A DNA stretch of 64,000 nucleotides from Nitrosopumilus sp. (lineage in GTDB: Archaea; Thermoproteota; Nitrososphaeria; Nitrososphaerales; Nitrosopumilaceae), in assembly GCA_965249555.1 (NCBI GenBank), contig OZ252243.1, positions 1,120,001 to 1,184,000 on the forward strand, given 5' to 3'. Made by a program: the position numbers and the translations under genes. The notes beneath the pieces were generated by a model. That model ran no database searches and was not told the DNA's origin. It was given only the letters and a program-made list of their open reading frames with translations. Positions 26,084 to 36,836 of the stretch are shown here, piece after piece. Within the stretch, counting starts at the first letter, position 1, and every line of letters starts with the position of its first letter.

Positions 26084-27267
26084 TTAAAAATCTAAGTGTA
26101 TTATCAGGTCAAGAATTAGATTTCATTTCAAATACTAATATCAAAATTCAGAATAAAATATTTAAAAAAATTCAACCAAAAATTAGACCAAGTGTTAAAG
26201 AAGAATCTATAGATTGTGAAGGTCTTTTATTAATTCCAGGATTCATTAATGCTCACACACACATAGGAGATTCAATTGGAAAAGATGTCACACTAAATAG
26301 TTCTGTTGATAAACGAATTCATCCTGTGTTTGGAGCCAAATCAAAAATCCTAAAAAATACATCTCAAGAAAATCTAGCTAATTTTATGAAAAACACATGT
26401 CATTCAATGATTCGAAAAGGAATCACCACATTTGTTGATTTTAGAGAAGGTGAATTAGATGGTGTTACTTTACTCAAAAAAGTATTATCTGATATTCCTT
26501 TACGTTCAATTATTCTAGGTAGAGTGGAATTTTATCAAAAACCATCTGAAATCAGAAAAAACCAACCTTTTCCTAGAGAAAAAACTGAAGATCTGACAAA
26601 ACTCATCAAAAAATGCGATGGAATTGGTATAAGTGGTGCAAATGAGAATAGCACATCAGTATTAAATTATTATTCAAAAACGCCAAAACTTAGAGTCATA
26701 CATTCTTCTGAAACTAAACAAAGTGTTTCTACATCAAAGAAAATCACTGGAAAATCTGAAACAGTTCGGGCTTTATCTCTAAAGCCTCATTTTTTGGTTC
26801 ATATGACTTATGCTTCTAAAGGTGATCTTTGTGCTGTGGCAAAAAAAACTAGAGGAATTGTAATCTGCCCAAGGGCTAATTCGTCTCTAGCTGAGGGAAT
26901 TCCAGACATAGAATTGATGCAAAAGGCAGGATGTACATTAGCTTTAGGTACTGATAATGTGATGATTAATTCCCCAGACATGTTTAGAGAAATGGATTTT
27001 CTTTGGAAAGCAATTATGGGGATTCATAAAAAAAGAATCGATCCTAAAGAAATTCTTAAAATGGCTACAGTAAATGGAGGAAAACTTTTGAAAAAAAATA
27101 TTGGAGTAATCGAAACTGGAAAAATTGCAGATTGTATTTTTCTTGACAAGCATGCATTAGATTTGGAACCAATGCATAATCCATATGCATCAATAGTTCA
27201 TCGAGCATCAGAAACTGCCATTAAAGCAGTAATGATTGGAGGTAAAATCGTATATGGAAAAATCTAG
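26077..27267 (+). CDS. Metal-dependent amidohydrolase/deaminase
   Basis: PGFINAHTH, HSSE, VHMT, CPRAN, LGTDN. Confidence 0.88.
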   Translation: MLIKNLSVLSGQELDFISNTNIKIQNKIFKKIQPKIRPSVKEESIDCEGLLLIPGFINAHTHIGDSIGKDVTLNSSVDKRIHPVFGAKSKILKNTSQENLANFMKNTCHSMIRKGITTFVDFREGELDGVTLLKKVLSDIPLRSIILGRVEFYQKPSEIRKNQPFPREKTEDLTKLIKKCDGIGISGANENSTSVLNYYSKTPKLRVIHSSETKQSVSTSKKITGKSETVRALSLKPHFLVHMTYASKGDLCAVAKKTRGIVICPRANSSLAEGIPDIELMQKAGCTLALGTDNVMINSPDMFREMDFLWKAIMGIHKKRIDPKEILKMATVNGGKLLKKNIGVIETGKIADCIFLDKHALDLEPMHNPYASIVHRASETAIKAVMIGGKIVYGKI

Positions 27268-27910
27268 ACCTTATGTAATTTTAAGTGCAGCAACATCAGT
27301 TGATGGAAAGATTGCAACTCGTACAGGTGATTCAAAACTATCTTCAAAACAAGATAGTGTAAGACTTCATAAACTAAGATCTAAAGTAGATGCAATTCTT
27401 GTTGGAAAAAATACAGTTTTACAAGATAATCCTTTGTTAACTGTACGATATACTAGAGGAAAAAATCCAATTAGAATAATTTTAGATTCTAAAGGTACTA
27501 TACCTAAAAAATCAAAAATCCTACAAACAAGCAATGAGATTCCAACGATCATAGCTGTATCAAAAAGAATTTCTCAATCAAGTCTTGATAAACTACATAA
27601 ATTTCCTGTAGAGGTAATTATTGCTGGAGAAAATTCTGTAAATATCAAATTATTACTGAAAAAACTTTCAGATAAAAAAATCAAAACAATTCTTGTTGAA
27701 GGTGGCGGGACCATTAATTGGGAATTTATTAAACATAATCTTTTTGATGAATTGATTGTTACCATATCTCCATTTTTAATTGGAGGTAATGATGCTATTT
27801 CTTTTGTTCAAGGACAGGGTTTTGCAAAAATTTCAAGTTCACCGAAGTTGAATCTCAAATTAATCAAGAGGCTCAAAAATCACCTTGTTTTGCATTATGT
27901 TAAGGTGTAA
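27254..27910 (+). CDS. 2,5-diamino-6-ribosylamino-4(3H)-pyrimidinone 5'-phosphate reductase (RibD C-terminal/ArfC type)
   Basis: ATSVDGKIAT, DAILVGKNTVLQDNPLLTVR, VEGGG. Confidence 0.93.
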   Translation: MEKSRPYVILSAATSVDGKIATRTGDSKLSSKQDSVRLHKLRSKVDAILVGKNTVLQDNPLLTVRYTRGKNPIRIILDSKGTIPKKSKILQTSNEIPTIIAVSKRISQSSLDKLHKFPVEVIIAGENSVNIKLLLKKLSDKKIKTILVEGGGTINWEFIKHNLFDELIVTISPFLIGGNDAISFVQGQGFAKISSSPKLNLKLIKRLKNHLVLHYVKV

Positions 27911-27945
27911 GTTATATACTTAATTTAAAATAAAATTACAAGAAA

Positions 27946-28194
27946 TTGGCAGTAAAAAAGAAAGCTACAACAAAAAGTAAAACAAAAAAGAAAGCTACGA
28001 TAAAAAGTAAAACTTCAAAAAAGAAGACTACTAAATCAAAAACAAAAAAACTACCATTTGGTGGATATGCAATAAATTTTGCAGGTTGTAAAGAAACTGT
28101 AGAACAAGTTTTTGGAAATAAACCAATTCCACCAAGTGAAATGACAAAAAAGATTTGGAAGTTTGTAAAATCAAAAAACCTTTCTAATCGTTAA
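27946..28194 (+). CDS. Lys-rich tail + SWIB/MDM2-domain protein
   Basis: KKKATTKSK repeats followed by VFGNKPIPPSEMTKKIWKFVKSKNL. Confidence 0.75.
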   Translation: MAVKKKATTKSKTKKKATIKSKTSKKKTTKSKTKKLPFGGYAINFAGCKETVEQVFGNKPIPPSEMTKKIWKFVKSKNLSNR

Positions 28195-28203
28195 ACCCCA
28201 CTG

Positions 28204-28250
28204 GTTAACGAAAAACCGTTAACTAATTTTATCTTTTAATTCTTTTTCTT
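28204..28250 (+). terminator. Hairpin plus T-rich tract between convergent genes
   Basis: GTTAACG-AAAAAC-CGTTAAC followed by T-runs. Confidence 0.4.
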
Positions 28251-28284
28251 AAAATAAATTAAGTAATTTTCATTTATAAAAAAT

Positions 28285-29691
28285 CTATTCCACGTAGTGA
28301 TGATGTGTAAGATTATCATAAAATCTAACTGATTTTATATTTACAAATTCTAACATTCCATATCTTGATAACTCTCTTCCAAATCCACTGTGTTTTATTC
28401 CTCCAAATGGAATTCTAGGATCTGAAATTACTACATTGTTAACACTGACAATTCCTGATTCAATTTGTCTAGACATCTTGTCTGCTTTTGCAAGATCTCT
28501 TGTCCAAATACTTGCACCCAAACCAAATTCAACATCATTAGCTAATTTGATTGCCTCACTTTCATTCTCCACTATTGTAATTGGTGCTACTGGTCCAAAT
28601 GTTTCTTCTTTTGCAATTCTCATACCTGATTTAATATTTGTAAGAATTGTTGGTTTATAGAAAAATCCTTTACCATCAATCTTAGAACCCCCCAAAAGAA
28701 TTTCAGCACCTTTTTCTTTTGCATCATCTACAATTCCAGAAATTGTTTCTAGTCCTTCTTTACTTGAAATTGGCCCGATGTCGGTTTCCATAGACATAGG
28801 ATCTCCAATTTTAAGTTGAGATGCTTTTTTGATAAATAATTCAATGAATTCTCTTGCAATATTTTTTCCAAGAAAGAATCTTTTTGAAGCTACACAACTT
28901 TGGCCACAGTTGATGAATCTACCCTTTACTGCTCCTTCTGCTGCTTTTTCAATAATTGCATCATCTAATACTATGAAAGGATCACTTCCACCTAATTCTA
29001 AAACACATTTTTTCAAATGCATTGCAGCTCTTTCACCCACTTTTGCTCCCGCATTTGTACTTCCAGTAAAGGTTACACCATTGACATCAGAGTCAATTAG
29101 GTGGTTTGCGGAATCTACGCTTCCTACTACTGTCTGAAAAATTCCATCTGGCACACCTGATTCAGTAAATGCTTTTTCAATTTCAATTCCTGATTGCATA
29201 GTTATTCTGGATGGTTTCATTACAATTACATTTCCTCCCATTAAGCATGGAGCTGCAAATCTTAATGCTTGCCAATATGGAAAATTCCAAGGCATAATAG
29301 ACCCAATTACCCCTAGTGGTTCAAAAGTTAGAAAGCTCTTTCTTGCATCTGTGTTTAATACTTCATCAGAAAGAAAGCTGTCGCCATGATCAGCATAAAA
29401 TTCTAGTGCCCAAGCACATTTTTCGACTTCTCCAATTGATTCTTTGAGAGGTTTACCCATTTCGGTTGTTGCAACTTTTGCAAGTTTTGTTTTGTTTTTC
29501 TTTAGGTATTCTACTACATTGTAAATGTAACTTCTACGTTTTTCATAATCTTTTTTCCATTCTGGAAATGCTCTTTTAGCTTTTCCTACTAATTCATACA
29601 CTTGATTTTTATCCATTGTAGAAAATGTTGTAATTTCTTCACCAGTAGCTGGATTTACTGTAGTGATTTGAGCCAAGGATATTTCACCCAT
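28285..29691 (-). CDS. NAD(P)-dependent aldehyde dehydrogenase (succinate-semialdehyde dehydrogenase-like)
   Basis: MPWNFP, FTGS, LELGGSDP, GQSC, EETFGP. Confidence 0.93.
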   Translation of the reverse strand: MGEISLAQITTVNPATGEEITTFSTMDKNQVYELVGKAKRAFPEWKKDYEKRRSYIYNVVEYLKKNKTKLAKVATTEMGKPLKESIGEVEKCAWALEFYADHGDSFLSDEVLNTDARKSFLTFEPLGVIGSIMPWNFPYWQALRFAAPCLMGGNVIVMKPSRITMQSGIEIEKAFTESGVPDGIFQTVVGSVDSANHLIDSDVNGVTFTGSTNAGAKVGERAAMHLKKCVLELGGSDPFIVLDDAIIEKAAEGAVKGRFINCGQSCVASKRFFLGKNIAREFIELFIKKASQLKIGDPMSMETDIGPISSKEGLETISGIVDDAKEKGAEILLGGSKIDGKGFFYKPTILTNIKSGMRIAKEETFGPVAPITIVENESEAIKLANDVEFGLGASIWTRDLAKADKMSRQIESGIVSVNNVVISDPRIPFGGIKHSGFGRELSRYGMLEFVNIKSVRFYDNLTHHHYVE

Positions 29692-29732
29692 TTTGCCTAT
29701 ATTTAATCTACTAGTACCATTTTCAGTTCTAA

Positions 29733-30248
29733 TCAGAATATTTGTTGCATATCTTTTTTAATTTCATCAATTTTCTTTGAATATGCTTTTTTAGATTTAT
29801 CATTCTTTTTTAGGTTTAGAACATTTCCACATGATGGGCATTTGAACATGCCTTCAAGTGCATCTTCAAAGGTCACTCTTGAACAATCTTCATTACCACA
29901 ATGATAAAAGTCAGAAGCGTTTTCATAATCAAATCTTTGTTGTAATCTTTCTGTTATCTTCTTTTTTTGATTTTCAATAAAATGTTCAACTTCTTCTCTT
30001 CTGGTTCTCCATCTATAGACAAACCAACCTTTTCTCTCATCTTTTACTCTAATTCCAGTAATGAGTGACTTTCCAAATAGATCATACAATACTTTTCTTA
30101 CCATGTTGATTCTAAGGCCTGTAGAACTTGCAATTTCTTCGTCGGTTGCATCTTCTGCTTTTAGAAGAGATCTTGCTACTTTGAGGTATTCATCTCCTCC
30201 AATCATTGAAGCAATTCTTACAAAAGGATCTTCGTATTTGTCTACCAA
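29733..30248 (-). CDS. tfe: Transcription factor E alpha
   Basis: TDEEIASSTGLRINMVRKVLYDL, GWFVYRW, FKCPSCG. Confidence 0.95.
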   Translation of the reverse strand: MVDKYEDPFVRIASMIGGDEYLKVARSLLKAEDATDEEIASSTGLRINMVRKVLYDLFGKSLITGIRVKDERKGWFVYRWRTRREEVEHFIENQKKKITERLQQRFDYENASDFYHCGNEDCSRVTFEDALEGMFKCPSCGNVLNLKKNDKSKKAYSKKIDEIKKDMQQIF

Positions 30249-30274
30249 CTCTAATCCATCCTAATTTTCTACTA

Positions 30275-30808
30275 TTAATCCCTTGTTTCTTTTACTTGTA
30301 CATTTTTGCCCTTTTTTGTGGGTATAATCTTCCTTTTTGCATCTGCAAATATCTTCTCAAATTGTTCACCTTTTTGGATACGATCTAAAAGTATTGCAAG
30401 TGCACTAATCTCAGAGTGAGGTTGATTACCAACTCCTACATTATAGTCTGCTAATTCATAAATTTCTCTTGGGACTTTTTCAGCACCGACAACCACTAAC
30501 AGATTTTCTTCTTTTCGAAGTTCTTCTTGTATATCATTAATGCTCTCTCCATACATTGTAAGATGTACAATTCCAAAGTTTTCCTCCTTTTTCTTTTTTA
30601 CAATGGATCTCCACTTATCAATAAATTCAACCACAAAATTTCCACCCCATGTTTTATTGATCTTTTCTAGAGAATCTTTGATTTCAGGATTGACTTCAGT
30701 CATAAAAATTCTCTTTGCACCAAATGCCCTTGAAACTAGTGCAACATGTGTTGTAACTCTATCATCTCTTACGAGACGTTGTCCTATTCTAACTACCTCG
30801 ATTACCAA
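30275..30808 (-). CDS. tRNA (cytidine56-2'-O)-methyltransferase
   Basis: RDDRVTTHVALVSRAFGA, HLTMYG, VGAEKVP, NQPHSE; TTG start inferred. Confidence 0.93.
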   Translation of the reverse strand: MVIEVVRIGQRLVRDDRVTTHVALVSRAFGAKRIFMTEVNPEIKDSLEKINKTWGGNFVVEFIDKWRSIVKKKKEENFGIVHLTMYGESINDIQEELRKEENLLVVVGAEKVPREIYELADYNVGVGNQPHSEISALAILLDRIQKGEQFEKIFADAKRKIIPTKKGKNVQVKETRD

Positions 30809-30809
30809 A

Positions 30810-31919
30810 TTATTTTTCAACTCCTTCCAAAATATTTTTCTCAAATTTAGGTGAATTTTGACTTTTCATAATATCTTTGATTAATTCTTCAAGCTGGATC
30901 ACATTCTTTCCTGTTTTTGCAGAAACTGAAACCCATTTTTTATTTTCAGTTAAATCAAGTATGTTGATTTTCTGCTCAATCTCTTCACTTTTTGCCAAAT
31001 CTGCTTTGTTTAATGCATAGACCAACTTTTCTTTTTCAATTTCTAATTCACCTAACGTTCTCATACAACTAGCAAATTTCTTTTTTAATTCAATTAATGA
31101 ATCACTAATATCAATTACAACAATTACGATATCTGTATGTCTTAATTCCTCCAATGTTGATTTGAATGCATCTATCATATATGCAGGTAATTTACTGATA
31201 AAACCAACTGTATCTGAGATTAAGAATGGTTCTTGATTAATTGTTACTCTTCGTATAGTTGTAGAAAGTGTAGTAAACAGTTCTTTACTCTCCTCTTTTG
31301 TTTCTCCTGTCATTTTGTTAAACAATGTTGTTTTTCCTGAAGAAGTATAACCCGCTAATGAGATTATTTTGAATCCCATCCTCTTTCTTCCTTGTCTATG
31401 AAGCTCTCTTTGTTTTTCTGCCTTTTCCAGTTTAGATCTTACTGTCTGCATTCTGTGTTTGATATCATTATAGTAAACATCAACCTCAAATTTTCCTATT
31501 CCCATAAATCCTGGTTGTTCTCCCATGTTTGAAAGACGAACTTTTTCTTTCGCTCTGGACATCTCATATCTTAATTGAGCTAATTTTACTTGTAATTTTG
31601 ATTCTGCACTTGATGCTCTACTTTCAAAAATTTCAAGAATTAATGCTTCTCTATCTAAAACTTCTCTATGTAAAGCAGATGCAAGGTTATAGTTTTGGCT
31701 TGGTTTTAAAATTTCATCAAATACAATTACATCTGGTCTGAGTTTTTCTGATAATTCTTCTAATTTTTCCAAAATTCCGCCACTAATTCCATATTTTCGT
31801 TTTTGTAGAAATTTTGCGGTAATTGTATGAACTACTTGATATCTTGCAGCGTCGCACAATCCTTTGGCTTCATTAATTGCATCTTCTTTATCATACGTGA
31901 TTAAAATTGCAGACTTCAT
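30810..31919 (-). CDS. hflX: GTPase HflX
   Basis: ILEIFESRA...[34 protein letters not shown]. Confidence 0.95.
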   Translation of the reverse strand: MKSAILITYDKEDAINEAKGLCDAARYQVVHTITAKFLQKRKYGISGGILEKLEELSEKLRPDVIVFDEILKPSQNYNLASALHREVLDREALILEIFESRASSAESKLQVKLAQLRYEMSRAKEKVRLSNMGEQPGFMGIGKFEVDVYYNDIKHRMQTVRSKLEKAEKQRELHRQGRKRMGFKIISLAGYTSSGKTTLFNKMTGETKEESKELFTTLSTTIRRVTINQEPFLISDTVGFISKLPAYMIDAFKSTLEELRHTDIVIVVIDISDSLIELKKKFASCMRTLGELEIEKEKLVYALNKADLAKSEEIEQKINILDLTENKKWVSVSAKTGKNVIQLEELIKDIMKSQNSPKFEKNILEGVEK

Positions 31920-31975
31920 TCTGATTCGATATTTTTAGTATAATTCACGTTAAAGATTCTACCTGTTTTGATAAA

Positions 31976-33022
31976 TTATTCAGTTTTTTTCAATGTTTTT
32001 TCTATATTCATATTTAGCACAATTTCTGCTATATCACTAGCATATTCAGAGACTCTTCTAATATTTTCAGTCATTCTTCTAACTCTGTAAATTTCCTCCT
32101 CATTTTTTAGTGATTTTGAAACATCTCTAACTTTTTTCTCATATTTGGAAATTTCATTTGTTTTTTCAATGGTTTTTTCTGCTTGTGTGTAATCTTCTTT
32201 GAATAATGCCAGACATGAGTCATCCAAGACCGATAAACAAAATTCATTCATATCTTGGAGTTTTTCTAAAATTTCTTTTTTGACTGGCTTTTTGAACTCG
32301 AGAAGATCTTTTGCAATAAATGCTGCATGATCCCCTGCCCTCTCTATATTTTTTACAACTAATCTATATCCAAGACAATTTCTAGCATTTCTAAAACCCA
32401 TCTCTTTTAACATGTGTTCATTTTGTATTGCTATCTTTAATTGACGAATAATGTAAAATCCAAATCTGTCTACTTCGTCATCAGTATTGATTACTTCTTG
32501 AGCCAGATCTAAATTGTTCTCCTTTACTGCTAAAATTGCATCACTAGACATTGATCTAGCCAAGTGAATCATTCTTTTGAATGCTCCATCAACTGATAAT
32601 TCTAATAAATTTACAAGAACCTGTACTGTAATTCCTCCACTTGAATCAGAAATAATTTCCGAACCCATTAACATCCGCTTAACTGCTTCTTTTACAGTTT
32701 TTCTTTGACTGGGACTTAATCTACCATTTTTTGGTTTAACGTTAATAGTCTTGAATCCTAAAAAATACAGAGAAATTAATTTTCTAACAATTGATGATGC
32801 TTCCTCTTCAATGCTAATTTCTATCGTTGCATCTTCTTTTTTTTGTATACGAGATTCAAATTTTGGTGGATAAAGTTCTAATGTCGATGATCCTTTTCTA
32901 ACTATTCTAATTTGGTCTCCTTGTTTTAGACCTAGATCCACTACCCATTGTTTTGGTAATGAAACTATGTATGATGATTTTCCTGTAAATTGAATTTTCC
33001 TTGTTTCTCCCCTCTCTTCCAT
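31976..33022 (-). CDS. AbrB-PhoU-PhoU phosphate uptake regulator
   Basis: RKIQFTGKSSYIVSLPKQW; DDEVDR; ERAGDHA. Confidence 0.92.
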   Translation of the reverse strand: MEERGETRKIQFTGKSSYIVSLPKQWVVDLGLKQGDQIRIVRKGSSTLELYPPKFESRIQKKEDATIEISIEEEASSIVRKLISLYFLGFKTINVKPKNGRLSPSQRKTVKEAVKRMLMGSEIISDSSGGITVQVLVNLLELSVDGAFKRMIHLARSMSSDAILAVKENNLDLAQEVINTDDEVDRFGFYIIRQLKIAIQNEHMLKEMGFRNARNCLGYRLVVKNIERAGDHAAFIAKDLLEFKKPVKKEILEKLQDMNEFCLSVLDDSCLALFKEDYTQAEKTIEKTNEISKYEKKVRDVSKSLKNEEEIYRVRRMTENIRRVSEYASDIAEIVLNMNIEKTLKKTE

Positions 33023-33106
33023 GATCTAAAGAGAAAAAACCAGTCTATATAGTTTGAGACTTCTAATATAGTTAAACATTGAACTAATATTTAGAAAATA
33101 TCGCCT

Positions 33107-33586
33107 ATGTGTATGGATCAAATCCTAAAGCTTCAGCATTCACTTGATGCGTTATTTGGTAATGGTGTATCAAAATATTTGCCAAAAGATGTTGAAATTA
33201 CTTTTTCACGAAAAACTGGAAGGATAAGAACTGTTTCACATAAAGGAAGATTACTATGCACTTTGAGAATTGATGGTGGTTTAGCAATTAGCACTTATTT
33301 TGCTCAAATTTTACTGAAAAGTAAAGCATTCCGAGAAAACTGTCTTGAGATAAATAAAGACGCTGCTCCGTTTGTCATGGAAGGAAGATCTGTTTTTTGT
33401 AAACATGTTGTATGGTGTGGAAAAAAAGTACGTATTTCTGCTGATACTCCAGTATTGTTCAAAAATAAAGTTATTGCAGTTGGTAAGGCTATTCTATCCT
33501 GTGAGATGATTTTAGATTTTGATAGAGGCGTAGCCGTTAAGGTCAGAGATAGTTTAAAAAGTCGTAAAGAGGAAATAGAATTATGA
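33107..33586 (+). CDS. PUA-domain protein (archaeosine tRNA-guanine transglycosylase C-terminal-like)
   Basis: SRKTGRIR, GRSVFCKHV, GVAVKVR. Confidence 0.85.
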   Translation: MCMDQILKLQHSLDALFGNGVSKYLPKDVEITFSRKTGRIRTVSHKGRLLCTLRIDGGLAISTYFAQILLKSKAFRENCLEINKDAAPFVMEGRSVFCKHVVWCGKKVRISADTPVLFKNKVIAVGKAILSCEMILDFDRGVAVKVRDSLKSRKEEIEL

Positions 33587-33924
33587 TGCGAGGAGGAAAT
33601 CGCGAAATGCGAAGAATGATGGACAAGATGGGTCTTGATATGAGTGAACTCCCAAATGTTCAAGAGGTAATAATAAAGACGGACAAAAAAGAGATTATTA
33701 TTTCCAAACCATCTGTTACTGAAATGAAAACAAAAGATAGTTCTATTTTTACAGTAACTGCAGACAGTTATGAAGAAAGTGAATTAGAGGTTCCAATTTT
33801 CTCAGAAGAAGATATTCAGCTAGTTAGTCAGCAAGCTGGAGTTGATGAAGAAAAAGCTAAAAATGCTTTAGAGGAAGCTAAAGGCGATCTTGCAAGGGCA
33901 ATATTACTTCTAACTTCAGGATAA
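33583..33924 (+). CDS. nac: Nascent polypeptide-associated complex protein
   Basis: MRRMMDKMGL...VII; UBA-like EDIQLVSQQAGV...GDLARAIL. Confidence 0.95.
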   Translation: MMRGGNREMRRMMDKMGLDMSELPNVQEVIIKTDKKEIIISKPSVTEMKTKDSSIFTVTADSYEESELEVPIFSEEDIQLVSQQAGVDEEKAKNALEEAKGDLARAILLLTSG

Positions 33925-33960
33925 AGTCTGATTTTTTCCATTTTTGTTCCTAAAAACTGG

Positions 33961-34233
33961 TTAAAAATGAATGGTTTGCCAATATGTTTTGAGTCTAAAA
34001 TTATAATAAAAAAAAGTATTAGGGTTTGAATTATTCCCTATAGTCCGTGAACTTTTTTGGCCCATTCTGCAACACTCTGAAATGTTGTTGTTTATCTTGT
34101 ATTTTGGTAATACTTTTGACAAATCAGTATCGACAGCTTGTATAACGATTTTTGTACTATCTACATTGTTTAAAGGACAAGTTGCTATTTCATGTCTACC
34201 ATAAATTCCATATAACGTCATACTAAATTTCAC
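33961..34233 (-). pseudogene. Probably degenerate hypothetical gene
   Basis: Plausible N-terminus (YGIYGRHEIATCPLNN) then out-of-frame-looking tail. Confidence 0.35.
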
Positions 34234-35017
34234 CTCCTTTTTCTTTTAATCCTACAGAAATGTTTGTTAGCGGTCTATCTAGTTCATTAGGAATTACGAT
34301 TAACAATCCACTATTTTTTCCTATTTCATCACAGGTTCCACTAAAACTCTTCTTATTTTTAGCATAACAACCATCTGTAGTATAAAACTCAAAATTATTT
34401 TTGAAATCATGAAAATTATTTTGTTGTACTTTAGATGAAACAAAGTAAACATCAAATCCTACATTATCACTATTGATTTTAACACTATAATCATATGAAG
34501 TGTTTTCTTTTGATGTGCATATTGGGATAAATTGAGAATATCCATCTTTAATTTTTAATTCTTGTTCATCCTTGCTATATGATTTGTTCTCAATATCCGG
34601 ATACATGAGAATCACTGAATTTGAAATTAGTTGTTTTCCTTGAAATAATTCTATCTCATTACGAAGCGTATCTATTACTTTTTTATACAATATTGGCTGC
34701 CATATTCTTTGACAATCCCAAGGATTTAGTTCTACATACGATTTGTCTCCAATGTATTGTAATTCATTATAGGTGTGATTATCAACATTCTTCTCAAATT
34801 TTGTTTGAGTAGAGTCTATGTTATACCAGGCGTTTGTTATCTCAAAAAGTATGTTCTTTTGATAAACATCCCATTCAGGTTGTAAATGTACATACACTTC
34901 ATACTTGTTTACTACCTGTTCTGGAGCAGAGACAAACAGAGAATGACCATAAAATGCATTAGTTAGAATTAACAAAAAAGCCACAGCTGGTAAAATTCCA
35001 AAATAGATTTTTTTCAT
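34223..35017 (-). CDS. Secreted hypothetical protein
   Basis: N-terminal signal/anchor; 264-aa ORF with paired Cys. Confidence 0.7.
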   Translation of the reverse strand: MKKIYFGILPAVAFLLILTNAFYGHSLFVSAPEQVVNKYEVYVHLQPEWDVYQKNILFEITNAWYNIDSTQTKFEKNVDNHTYNELQYIGDKSYVELNPWDCQRIWQPILYKKVIDTLRNEIELFQGKQLISNSVILMYPDIENKSYSKDEQELKIKDGYSQFIPICTSKENTSYDYSVKINSDNVGFDVYFVSSKVQQNNFHDFKNNFEFYTTDGCYAKNKKSFSGTCDEIGKNSGLLIVIPNELDRPLTNISVGLKEKGGEI

Positions 35018-35136
35018 TTATTTTCCTCCAAAACAACAAAATAATAATCCACAATATTTTCAGGAAAATTTTTCATCTTTGCATTCAATTTTATCTGAAC
35101 TGCACTTTGGACACTCTCTACTATTAATCATTGTTG

Positions 35137-35611
35137 TCATTTCCTTGTCTCCAAAAGTGGTTTTGATAGAATTCCAATAATTACACCAAATACAATATGT
35201 CTGGACATGGTCATTGCTGGAACTTCTGGAGCAATATTTACTCCTGTAATACCTGCACCTAATGCAGGCAACATTCCAAACCATACAGTAGTAGCTGTTA
35301 CAATTACTCCAAAGATTATTCTATGAAGCCATACTCTACCTTTCATTATTTTATTTGAAATTGGGAAGAAAACATAACCAAAGAATAACGTCAAGCCTAT
35401 ACCATTAGCTATATGGAAAAGATTTCCAATGATATGAGCTGATTCGTGTTCTCAATAACTAACATTCCTAGTACAGCTGAAATGTCAAGTGGTACCCACC
35501 CGTAATTGCCATATCAACATATGCTGCTATGTAAAACCCAAGAGTTGCTACTAGTCCAGCAATCACTAGACTAGAAAATTTATGATTCTTGTATGCTTGT
35601 GTTACATTCAT
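35137..35611 (-). pseudogene. Frameshifted multi-pass membrane protein
   Basis: MNVTQAYKNHKFSSLVIAGLVATLGF... continues in other frames into ORF 35137..35394. Confidence 0.55.
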
Positions 35612-35810
35612 GATAATCTATAAGTAAAATTGATAATATTGACCGCGGAAATGAAATCAATCTAAAATTTCTGATTTGGTAGTGATTTTAGCCTAAATCC
35701 AGCTCAAAAATATTCAAAATTTCCAAATTGGAAATCATGATTCTTTTACCAAATTTAGGTATGATCCATGCCTACCAAATGAATGATTTAAGTAATGGAA
35801 TTGTTGAATT

Positions 35811-36155
35811 TTGGGTATAATGAGCAGTATGGCTGAATCTAAAGTTACTGGAATAATCAAGTCTTTGAACGCATTAGAAGATGATCTAGATTCCCTAAAC
35901 GGCAAAGTAGCTGATATGAAAAAACAACTTGCTGTAAAGACTCAAACTGAAATTGATGTATTATTAGAAAAAACTCAAGAAATAGCCACAAAAGAGGCTG
36001 AAGTAATCATTAATGCATCAAAAGAAAAGGCAACCACAGAATCTGCCAAAATTACTCAAGAAGGTGAGGCCAAATTATCTGAAATCCAGTCAAAAATTGA
36101 TGCTAATTTTGATGAAGCAGTAAAACATGTCGTGTCAACTGTTTTGAAAGCATAA
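35811..36155 (+). CDS. A/V-type ATP synthase subunit H/G-like coiled-coil protein
   Basis: KEAEVIINASKEKA...FDEAVKHVV peripheral-stalk pattern. Confidence 0.6.
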   Translation: MGIMSSMAESKVTGIIKSLNALEDDLDSLNGKVADMKKQLAVKTQTEIDVLLEKTQEIATKEAEVIINASKEKATTESAKITQEGEAKLSEIQSKIDANFDEAVKHVVSTVLKA

Positions 36156-36197
36156 ATCTAAATCATATATTACATCTAGTCAAATATCGATCCTTTA

Positions 36198-36836
36198 CTG
36201 AACGCTCGTATTGGAATTGCAACTACTTATGGTAAACCATACTATAGATTCTCAACCTATCTTAAAATTCTCAACCTATCTTTTGATTCTATACTTCCTG
36301 AAGAAATTCTAGATTATTCTGGGCATCTAATTTTTACTACCAAAAAAGAGTCCCCAAAAAACTGTGAAAAACTCTTACTTCATGAAGATATCTTTGAGCA
36401 TCATCCTACTGTAATTAGAGGTATAATGATGCAAAGACTCAATCCAGATTTTGAAGAAGATCTAATCTTAGGAATTGATCCAGGACAAAGAATTGGTTTG
36501 TCGATATTTTACTATGGAAAAGAAATTGAGAGCTCATTTTATTCTTCAGTTGAAAAATTGGTTTTTCATATCATTCAAGTTTTAGGTGGTCTTAGAGCAA
36601 AACGAAAAATTATAAAAATTGGAAATGGAAATATGAAAATTGCAAAACAAATTGTAACTGTACTTAATCTAAATTTTTGTTCATCTTTTGAATTAGAATT
36701 TGTTGATGAACAAAAAACTAGTCTAAAAATTAAAAATTTCAATCAAAGAGGAAAACGAGACATGCTTTCTGCAAAGTACATCTCACAACGAGAAGGATAT
36801 AGACACTTTATTCTTCCTTTATCAATGACAGGTTAA
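36198..36836 (+). CDS. Hypothetical protein with YqgF/RNase H-like domain
   Basis: LGIDPG...VDE..TS...D motif; frame open upstream of the track's 36426 start to a CTG at 36198. Confidence 0.7.
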   Translation: MNARIGIATTYGKPYYRFSTYLKILNLSFDSILPEEILDYSGHLIFTTKKESPKNCEKLLLHEDIFEHHPTVIRGIMMQRLNPDFEEDLILGIDPGQRIGLSIFYYGKEIESSFYSSVEKLVFHIIQVLGGLRAKRKIIKIGNGNMKIAKQIVTVLNLNFCSSFELEFVDEQKTSLKIKNFNQRGKRDMLSAKYISQREGYRHFILPLSMTG

